DNA of 64,000 nt from Perna viridis (Eukaryota). The stretch is from the NCBI GenBank assembly GCA_037379345.1, contig CM074517.1, positions 10,540,001-10,604,000 on the forward strand, written 5' to 3'. Shown piece after piece: positions 53,741 to 64,000 of the stretch. Every line of letters begins with the position of its first letter. Within the stretch, counting starts at the first letter, position 1. The notes under the pieces were generated by a model. It was not told the DNA's origin and did not search any database. It worked only from the letters and a program-made list of their open reading frames with translations. Both the position numbers and the translations under genes were made by a program.

Positions 53741-56700
53741 TATAAATGGATGACGAAAAAATGTATTAAAATTATAGAATTTTTCGAGCACGATGAAATA
53801 ATGCTAAATGATTTTATAATGGTAAATTGTACTTACTTATAAAGTTTTCCTTTACAAAGCTAAATTCAGCAATATTTTTAAGAGCTATATCGAAAACTAT
53901 TTCATATGTATTATACATGTAGGAATATTCCTTGACATTTTATATATTGAATATTTTAGCTAATTTTTAATAAGAACTTTAAGAAAAATCTAAAGTTTTT
54001 ACTAATGATGCAGTAAAACCTGTTTAAACTGATCTCCTTTCTGCTGATAAGTTGTCATTATCAGCAGGTTTTCAGTTTACAGAGGTACACAATGCATGGT
54101 TATATTTCAATATAAAAGGAAACACCATATGCGTATAAGGAATGATATATTGTGCTTCTGTCTCGAGAAGAAGCATTTTTATTTTTTTCATTCTTTGGAA
54201 GTTGTCCATTGCATTATTTGAACAAAATATAATGCCTGCCTACTTATTTTTAATTTCTCCGTCTTTAATTTTTTATTCATAAGAAAAAAAATAATGTACC
54301 TAACAGTTTATATTGTACTGCTTATCGATATAAATATTGTACCTTGTATTTATGGAGAGGGTTGATATAGGCTTTACCTGCTACCGGATCCTATTCAGCC
54401 TTATACTGAATAAAATATTGTTTAAACTAAACTAAAAAATATAATGTTTTGAATTGCCAAATTAAATGCAAAGTACTATAAATCAAAATTTCTAACAAAA
54501 TTTGGACATTTAGGTTTTCAAAAACTGGGAATTAAACTCTTTACAAATACTTCCTGCTTAACTAGACCCTGAATTGTAACGTCCAGTCGAGTTACATTCC
54601 AGACGTTTCATGTATATAAAATATAATACAACACATCGTGTTCGGTGATTTAAAGGACGGTAAACGAGACTAGACGATACCGTCAATCTACCTGTAAGCA
54701 CCTGACCAAGTCAGAAGGCTATCTATCTCGTTATCTACCTGCATACTAAAGCTATTTTGCAGCTGCACTTGTAAGCTACTTTAGTTTGATGCGATACATA
54801 TGCAGCTGCATAATCTAAATACTATTAATTAATGAACACTATATGTAAAGTAGTCGTCACAGTAATCCCAGAATATGAAATTTCCCGGGTTAAAATGTCT
54901 GTTTCTTTAAATAAACATGCCAAAAAATATTGAGTCTTTTTTATGCATTATGGTATCTATTTAATCCATCATGTATAATGCATGGGTTTAAAGGGTGTAT
55001 ACAAAAGCTCTCACTTTTAATTCACAAATATACCAAAGTATGCAACGTTTCTTCTTTCTTAATATATTTTCAATATAAGATTATTCCTATTAAAGTATAT
55101 TTCAATATTTTTAGCCAGAATATGATTACACTCTTTAAGACTTAATTATAGGTTGTGGGTTCGTTGGGTTTGTTGAGGAATCATGACAAAAACCTGTCTG
55201 AATAAGGTAGAACCGTTGATAACAGTTTGACAAAGCTATTAATTAAATCTATTGCAGTTTAACAATGGAACGGTTGGGGCGTTGGTCGGTGCTCATTGTT
55301 TGGTCTATCTGAACTATTATATATATCAACAACAGTGCCCCGTTACACCCATTTCCTTATAAATATCTTTATTTACTCGTTTCTTGTCCTCTATGTTGTA
55401 ATTGAACTATCGTGAAACAATGCTCGACCTTCTTTGTTGAATACAGATAATGAAACTAGCTGTTATTTTATCACTTATTGTAATTGGGTCTTGTTAACCA
55501 TTGATAAAAACCCTTTTGATATTTTATTGTTTCTACAAATAAAAAAGGAGAAGAGCGAAAGTGCTCTTATTTTAAATGACACCATAGATATACGTTTCAA
55601 ACCGCAAATACTTTTTGTAAATAAGTAGTCGTCTCATTTTGATACCAACCAATTTTCTCACTGATACTTTGTAACCAGAACCTTTGTAGGTTTCTCAAGG
55701 GCGGATCGTAGATTTCAAAAATTTGTGACTTCGCACGTACACAGTTTGGCAATGAAGAGTTGGATTGTGGTTGTATAATTAAAATCTATGTATTTTTGTG
55801 TTAACTAACAATACATTGTCTCAAATAGCAAAATATCAAACAGCTTTTATGTATTGTTTCATCTACACAAATGATACGATATTTTTTTTGTTCGGGTTTT
55901 CGATTCCAAGTCCAAGGCCTATATACTCCCTCGATATAAATGGAAATAACCGGATTTTTGCGTTAACTTACTTATAAATTCTATGCAAGTGCATTGTTAT
56001 ATATGGTATGAAATGCAATTGGGTACATTAGCGGATATTTTTAAAGAATGCGATATTTTCTATTCCAATGCACAAATGCATCCTTTACACATTAAAGCGA
56101 CAACATTGTGTTAACCACTGAGAAGGAAATTAAAGAGGCTGAATAAAGTCCTTTTACGTACAGATGTAATGATATTGTGACGTACATCTATTCTTTGAAG
56201 GCTAGATAAAAATAAATTTGGTCAATATTTCAGCTTAGAATCATGTACATTAATCTGCACTGTGGGGTAATACATGTGTTTGTGAGATGCTAAGTATTTG
56301 ATTCTGTTTCTATCCAAGTTTTCCAGATCGTTTCCGACCATTTTAAATATAATTCTTTTCAAAATTTCTTCTGCCTCTCAAGTAGCAACATTCACACCTT
56401 TTAATACTAGTCTTGATACTCTGTTGATGGTGTCTTCTAACTTTTACTGCGGAACGCATATATTTGACTGCAATGGCAATGTCTAAAATTATCGCCACAA
56501 GCCACACTACCTGCATATTAAAAAAAACAAATGGAATGAGTGTAAACCGACTAAGGCCTTAATTTATTATTAGAAAACAGGACACCGTATACAATAGGAT
56601 TAAGGTGTAGTTACGTAGAGGAAACGGCAACTAAGCATTCCGTACCATACAATCGTTCACAGGTCTCTGCGACCAATGGATATCCACCTTTCACATTTAC

Positions 56701-58994
56701 ATGTAACATAATGTATGTTTATGCATATGGTCAAACTCCGGATAATTGGTCTCTTCCACTACTTTTGCCATTCCATAATAGTGGAAGAACATCAACGATA
56801 CGGAACAGAAGCTGCATAGAAGTTTGACATATGGTCAACGTACATTTATAGTATTCTTTTCTGTTTTCCTTTTTTTGAGCAACGGATGCTTACCATACCA
56901 TTGAAATTAATCTGTCCTATCACATTTTTGATAAAGCTCAGGTTGCTAACTGCTAATGATGTATGTTTTCAGTATTTTTAAAAATTCAGGTTATGTCCAC
57001 ATCACTTGGCATTGAGACCTTGCTGCTTCCCACAGACATTTTTTTTTTGCAGGTGGTGCATTGTTTTTCATTAAGCAATGCATACTTACCATATGATGAC
57101 AATTAACAAGCGTTATCGGCATTTTAAAAGAGCCCAAATTACTAATGTTATATATTTTCAGTGTGGTTTTTAAATTTTTAAATTGTATATGTTATATCTA
57201 TTTTATTATTTTGCTGTTTTTTTCATTCAATTTCCCATTATTTCACATATTATAAATATTCTGTGGCACAGACAAGCAAATTTTAAAGTGTATTTCTATA
57301 GTTGTTGTCCATATTCAGTTTTATCATCCAAAGTACGTAAAAGATCTTTCAGTAATGTAACTAAAACACACCTATAAAAAGATCAACACGAGTCTAGCAT
57401 AAAAGGAAATAAAGTGAAAATGCAAAAACATGTACTTTTCTATAGATGTACTGAAAGATTAACTACTGTACTAGTCCTAAACTTTGACATGTTGTGAAAT
57501 CCTTATTTCGATTTGGCAAATTACATTAATAAACAGTTGTAACAATTATAGCTTAAATGGTGAGAGAAGTCAACATTCCAAAGATTACACACCCCATACT
57601 TAATCACAAAAGATGTCAACAAGCCCTGGTATCAACTTAGTGCTACTCATCACTTTAAACCCCAGGTTCTTTTATACAAAGCCCCTCCCATTCCATCCTC
57701 CAAATTAAAAGATTATAATTCTAAACATTCAATATTTATTAACTTTGATAAAGGAAAAATACTTTTTCTTTACACTTAACACCAAGAATAATGCATTGGA
57801 ATGTAATAAATGCAATAAATGTGTTTGTTGTTTATTAATCAATCGGTAATGATGTGATAAACTTGGTTGTCCACCCAGTACTATTGTAGTTCTCGAACTA
57901 CAGAAAACAACTGACTCTGGGAAATAGAAAGGTCTCTATGCCACCGGATCAGAGTATTACCTGAGTGGTAAATTCTCTCATTGCATAGTGATCAGGTGAC
58001 ATAGGAACTAGGATTGCACTGAGTTATTGCTGATCTTCTCATAAGCGAACTCGACAGTTCTGTTTGAAGAAAAATATATGGTCACAAATTATGGGGTTTA
58101 AAACGATCTTTTTAGTCATCCTTTTGGGAACATAAAGAATATAAATGACCAAATGACGCAAAATGTTTCTTTGTTGTTTCTCACAATCTTCATATAATCT
58201 GTATATACATCAAGATTAAGACGATTAACCTACATACATTGTAGCTTGTAAAGTTGGATGTATCTGCAAAAAATGGTAGCCGAATTGAAACAACTACCGA
58301 AAAAAATGTTATCAATGGCTATCACGGTTTAAAAGATATACAATGAAGTCTGAGGTAAAAGAACGAATGAGGTGCAAATTAAACAAAAGTCAGGCAACAA
58401 ACTACATAGACATACCAATATAAAAATACGAAAAGACCTGGCTTCCTGTAAACGCGGCGTTATTTCAAGGAAGCTGTGTCCTTTTTTGCTTAAACACAAA
58501 TGGACAAAGGAATCTGCAGCCCTTTTCACAAAAGTCGTAAATTGTAAAGTCACAATACTTAACTCTATTATGACATCATAACTTACGACTAATTTTACAC
58601 TTACGATTTTTTTGTGAAAAGGACCGCTGGACATCGTGAGAATGCGGAAGCTACGACAATAGACTGAGGCCATACATACATCTGCAACATAGCTTAGGTT
58701 TGCTTAAAATGATACACAGCTCATCTCTGTAGGGTAACTTCACAGTCTTAACTCCTCATTGTTCACAATAACTGCCTCATGCCTTTTTTCATATTTAATA
58801 CGCTCCATTTCCAATTCATATTCAACACCGCCCTGTACGTAAGATGGATTATACCTATATAAGTTTCATTTGTAAATAAAGAAAAAAGAAATCAAAATTC
58901 TTTTAGAATGTATTCTTAATGAATTTTGATTTCTCATGCTACATGCAAAATTAGTTGATCCCATCAGATACTAAGGTAGTTCAGGACAACACAT

Positions 58995-59430
58995 TTTGTT
59001 TCCAGAAACACCAAGTTGTTCCAAGTTGCTCATAAAATATAACTTCCAGGGTAGACGAAAGAGGACAGAAAATCCATGACACAAATCAGTTTTCATAGTC
59101 AGATGGTCTAATTGCCTAACTATTAGAAGTCTTGCACTGTACAAAAAGTCTATGTAGTTACGACAAGCTGAGGCATAACGTAAAAGCTGTGCTATGAAAA
59201 CTCCATACGCAGGTAATGAAGGGATGTTGCACAGATGAAAGAAAAACTGACAATACGAAATGAGAAGTCATCGCGTTTGTCACATAGTTGGTCATGAGTT
59301 TTCTTGTTCCATCGATCTCTTAGTGTAGGTCAAGATTTGAGGCTGACTTAATAGTATCTGTAGTGTCTTTTATCTCAAATTCTTGAGATAGATGCGATGT
59401 ATAAAATACCCGAAACTAGGATTGTGAAAA
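58995..59430 (-). mobile_element. Decayed copy of the same PLE-like RT element
   Basis: Reverse-complement matches to 9360-9460, 9505-9620 and 9770-9870. Confidence 0.75.
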
Positions 59431-60092
59431 ACATAATGGATTAGTTTGACTATGATCGCTCTAAAAAGCAACAAAGGTACATATTTTGATATCGGATAAT
59501 CTACAATAATATTTGAATTTAGCAAAACTATCTATGAATTAGAAAAAGTTATCATAGAAACAATACATTCTAAAGATAAAGACTTGATCTTCGAATCATG
59601 TTTTGTTTATTTATAAATAGTAAATTATATTTCACACTTTTCATTAGTTTTGAAATTTGTGAATATCTGTATTCAAATGATTTCACAATCACACACAAAA
59701 ATATGACGTCAGTTGAAATCATTTTTGTCAGATACATTTTTATAAAAATGGACAACGGATGAGATGGTTTATTCAACAGCATTCTACCTAACACCATTAC
59801 TTGTTTAACTGGAATTTTGTTTTCTTTCTGCGTCAGTATAATTATTTATATTGTCTTTCAACGTAGTTAAACACTTCAAAACGATTTTTTTAAAACTGTT
59901 TAAATGACAATTCCTGGGAAAAAAAATAGTTTGTACCGTCTACAGCAACATCCAAATATTCGACATTATATCAGTTTAGGAACACACATGTTGAGCTTCA
60001 CTCATTTGTCCGTATTATCGATAGTTTAGTGCATGTCTGTTTGCATTAATATGATAATTTTTTGTAATTCTTTAATACCTATATTTAGTATG

Positions 60093-60407
60093 AAAAGAAA
60101 GATAACTACAATATCAATCTGCATTACCATCCGTCTTCGGTTTGGAGCCTGGAAACAAAACTTTACTGTTTTCACTTAAATTCTATATTTTGACATTTTG
60201 TTATTATTTGTTCTGTTTTCACTGGTGTATTTGAATTCATTCAGTGTCTTCTTGACAAAAGGAAAAAAGATAACTACAGTATCAATCTGCATTACCATCC
60301 GTCTTCGGTTTGGAGCCTGGAAACAAAACTTGATTTACTGTTTTCACTTAAATTCTATATTTTGACATTTTGTTATTTGCTCTATTTTCGTATTTGAATT
60401 CATTCAG
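60093..60407. repeat. Recent tandem duplication of a ~150-170 bp segment
   Basis: gataactaca.tatcaatctgcattaccatccgtcttcggtttggagcctggaaacaaaact...tatttgaattcattcag occurs twice (60093-60244 and ~60263-60407). Confidence 0.95.
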
Positions 60408-61148
60408 GAAAAAAGTATCAAAATCTTTTTCTTTTAATTCATTGTAAAAATGTTGTACTTACTTTTTTAGTTGAATGATAAAACAAATTACTAACAACTA
60501 GTATAATGTTTAAAAAATGTTTTTAAAATATTTCCCGAAAGGTGACCATAGAAGACCTCGGCGCGTGGGACACAAGCCAGATTTCGTTTGATATGTTCAT
60601 AATTTTGTAAATTGAACGGAAATGAAATACATACAATGCAATTGAAATTATGAAATCAAGATAGATATCTCTTTGATATGTTCATAATTTTGACAATTTG
60701 TTAGGGAATTGGTTACATATATTCCGAGTTATCCATTTTTGATACAAAAAATCCCTGACATTCTGAATTAGTTTTACATTCCACAGCAACAACAAAAATA
60801 GTGGGAAACATAAATCAATGTACCAGTTATATCAAAGGACCTGCCTAATTTCTACATGGACATACCTAATACACTGAGCATTCGTTTCTGTCATCTTACA
60901 AAATCATACAGACATATATATTTTCAAAGAACTGATAATACTTAAAATGATGTAAAACAGTGTGCTTAAAATACTTAAAAAGAATGTTTGACATAAAACT
61001 TTGTATGGTAAAATAACAAACATTAATTTTAATATGACGTGCTTCAAAACTCTTTAGACCACAGTCATGGTAAAAAGTGATAAGCATTTCATGCAACGCA
61101 TAGGCTGCGTCTTTTAAAAATATGAAGAATCTAGTCCTATTAGATTCG

Positions 61149-61305
61149 AAATAAATCACGGAAACTCCATTTTATCATTGTTTCACCACGGGCTGGCCAT
61201 TTATGTCGTCATTGTACACCTCACTATTGCTCGGGGCAAAAACAATGCGACAAAAACGGCCAACCCGTGGTTGAACAATAATAAAATGTTTTCCGCGATT
61301 TATTT
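61149..61305. mobile_element. Foldback/MITE-like element with ~65-bp imperfect inverted arms
   Basis: aaataaatcacggaaa...cattttatcattgtttcaccacgggctggcc...tgtcgtcattgt versus acaatgcgaca...ggccaacccgtggttgaacaataataaaatg...tttccgcgatttattt. Confidence 0.75.
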
Positions 61306-63873
61306 TTTAATTGCATTAAGCTTTTTTTAAGGGGATATGATTAGCAGGGAAAAGTAACGGGAGATATTTTTTTATTGTTATAGGGAAAAAAATTAGTAAC
61401 CTCAAATTGTTTTTTAATAGGTCAGAATGTCAGTTAACTGTTCTTTTTATAAATTTAGAAGAAAACCTTCTACCATTTTTTTTTATAGTTTGGGGAATAG
61501 TGAAATTCCCCACAGAATCTTTATAAATATTGCCTCTATTAAGGCCCAATTATATCGAAATAAGTACGGTGACCTATGTGTTTACATTAAAATTCAAAAG
61601 AATGTTCATTCAATATCAAAACTAGAAAAACCAAGTACTACGTCGGAAATAATATCCACTAGAAATATTAGGTATGATCTACATCATTGTTTCATAATAT
61701 GATACCCCAATCGAATAGAAAATTGTGTCCTTTTGAAATTTACAAAAAACAAAAAACAAAAAAAACAAAACAAAAAAAAAAAACTGCGTGGGTGAATATA
61801 TATAAATATGAATAAATAATGAGTCAAGTTAATTGTTGTTTTTATCCCGTAAACAAAATGTCTATCGTCCTTATACAAATAGTATATCGATTTTGTATTT
61901 TGACTAATCTGAATATTGATGATAAGATTGCCTTGATTTCTAGATTTATTGATGAAAGGTTACTCTCTAAAGCACATGTATGCCATATCGAAATTTGCAA
62001 TATTTACATAATTGGTATTTTTATATTAATACACCTCTGAGTCGATGACACTTGTAATGGAACGGCTCTGAGGTTCATTCGTTGTATGATAGGTGTTTCA
62101 TTGAAATACGTATACACCTTACCGAAATTTGCAATATTTCATGTCTGGTAATTTTGTATTAAAACATTTCAAAAAGAATTATCATTGAATATAGTTGTAT
62201 AAAGGTTTATAAGAATGTTTTTGTGAATAAAGAAAAAAAAATTTTGCAAGATGAAATTTATATATGAAATAAAATGCTAAACAATGTTGAAAAGGCAAAA
62301 CATAGATTTTTAAGTATGTTTCATTATCAAACTCCGGGTTTGTTTTTGTAAGGAACAACAAAACAAAATCTAAACTTTTAGTCAATTTATTGATATACCA
62401 ACAAAGCTTGCAAAAAATGGTGCGGATTTAAAATATGTTACTATACCTGGTGCTGCTGAAACATATTTGGACAGAATTTGATATGAATAATTCACGTTTA
62501 TTCTCGTAAGTCACATAATCAGTAAAGGAGACAATACGCCATATTCTAATATTAAGCTTACAAAAACCCTTTATAAAATTCGACCTCTATTAAGATGACA
62601 AAATCCTCACTTGCATTAAAGGTAGCTCTTCCGATACCACATTTAGGAAACTGATTTTCATTGTGATAAACAAGTTGATGAAATACAAATATACCAATTA
62701 TATATATTTCAAATTTCAACATGCTGTACACGTGTTTCAGGAGTAATTTCTAATCGACAGTATTAGAATCAAATATATAGGAAGATCTAAATCCAAAAAC
62801 TAATTGTATACAAGATATAATTAAAACAAAACATTCGAAGCCAAATCCGTCACCAACAGGTTCTACCATGTGCAATACAAAGATTGAAGCCTCAGTGTTT
62901 AAGATAATACTGCAAAATCTGATCTAATTCAGGGTTAGACAATTCTGACTATTGGTTTAGTGAAGACCGTCGTGGACGCTTTGTCAACCAGCAGTGGCAT
63001 TGAACCAGTAATTAAGTAATACTATTGGATATTTATATACATATTTGGCTGTTTCAAAATGAAATCGAAATGGCTAAAAAGTACATATTCGGAAAGATTG
63101 GCCATGCATTTATAACATGTCCGTTAAAAAAAGAAGAATAGTTAGTTTTAAAAAGTGTAAAAGTGGTATAACAAGCACATAAAGGAAAGGTAAGGCTGTC
63201 AGGTAGAAAACCGTGAAAATTATTATCGGGAATCTGTAAAAAGTTAATCGTGTAGTTAGTATAGCTTATTTATTCTCATGTATATTGCATTAATAAACTT
63301 CCGGTTTGTGTTCCTTTAATTGAGTATTTGTATACTTTGTAAGACAAGGGAAGAGTTCATACATTATATTTACGACTGATGTGTGTTTACGTGTTACAAA
63401 GTATATAAACACAAGTGTTATTTATACCCACTCGCTGTATCGGTGAATGCCATTAAATACCTGTGATAAATACACTATTTATGCCTTCAAAACTGAAATC
63501 TTAACTCGGTAAGTTTTATGTTTATATTCATATCTACAATGTTATAAATTTAAGGTATAAATTCTATGTTATATTTACATGTAAATAAATGTCCATTGGA
63601 CGGTCAAGGTGATTCAATTGTTTTAAGGGGAAATCTTCCTTCAAATATAAGGTTTTATACATTATATATAAATTACACCTTGAATATTATTGATAATTAT
63701 ATATCATAAGGGTTGTCTTATATTGTTTCCGGGATAAACTTTGAACGTAGCATACATCCTTGATAAAACATTTCAAATGTATATACAATGAATATACATG
63801 TATATCATATCTGTACAGGTCCATGTAAACTTATACCACAACTTGGCGTCAGTCGTCTTCTCTATAACTACTA

Positions 63874-64000
63874 GACACCCCGTGCAGGTCCGGGTGTTAA
63901 AAGAATAGGCCTGCAGCAGCGCTAAGCTTGTCGTAAAAGGCGACTAAATAGTGCTCATAAACCTGGCCGGGGGCTAGGCGTTCTGCCCACAGAGCAACTG
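63874..64000 (+). mobile_element. Probable 5' end of a non-LTR retroelement/SINE carrying a pseudoknotted RNA motif (runs off the window edge)
   Basis: GC content rises abruptly. The layout cccgtg...ccggg...aatagg...gcttgtcgtaaaaggcgactaa resembles motifs I recall from invertebrate SINE/LINE 5' regions, and there is extensive self-complementarity. Confidence 0.6.

Noticed and set aside
58329-58673. 114-aa minus-strand ORF with an ATG start
   Set aside because: No motif, homology cue or splice context; compatible with a random ORF.

Overview
AT-rich, gene-poor animal genomic DNA; the repeat content resembles a bivalve mollusc (inference). One protein-coding gene is supported: a two-exon, minus-strand gene (exon 1 CDS 19479-19332, ~15.2 kb phase-1 GT-AG intron, exon 2 CDS 4101-3638). 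It encodes a 203-aa secreted 8-Cys cystine-knot protein with sclerostin/SOSTDC1 (DAN/CAN family) spacing. Its loop 2 is short and lacks the NxI motif, and it has a 63-aa very basic tail. The rest is non-coding. It holds ~10 truncated or decayed copies of one Penelope-like (PLE-type) RT retroelement with a structured 3' end, several Helentron/HINE-like and MITE-like elements, foldbacks and minisatellites. A ~1.1 kb skewed insert splits one minisatellite, and a compact pseudoknot-forming RNA motif lies at the right edge. No prokaryotic features, tRNA/rRNA genes or CRISPR arrays were seen. All calls were made by eye; no database searches were run.
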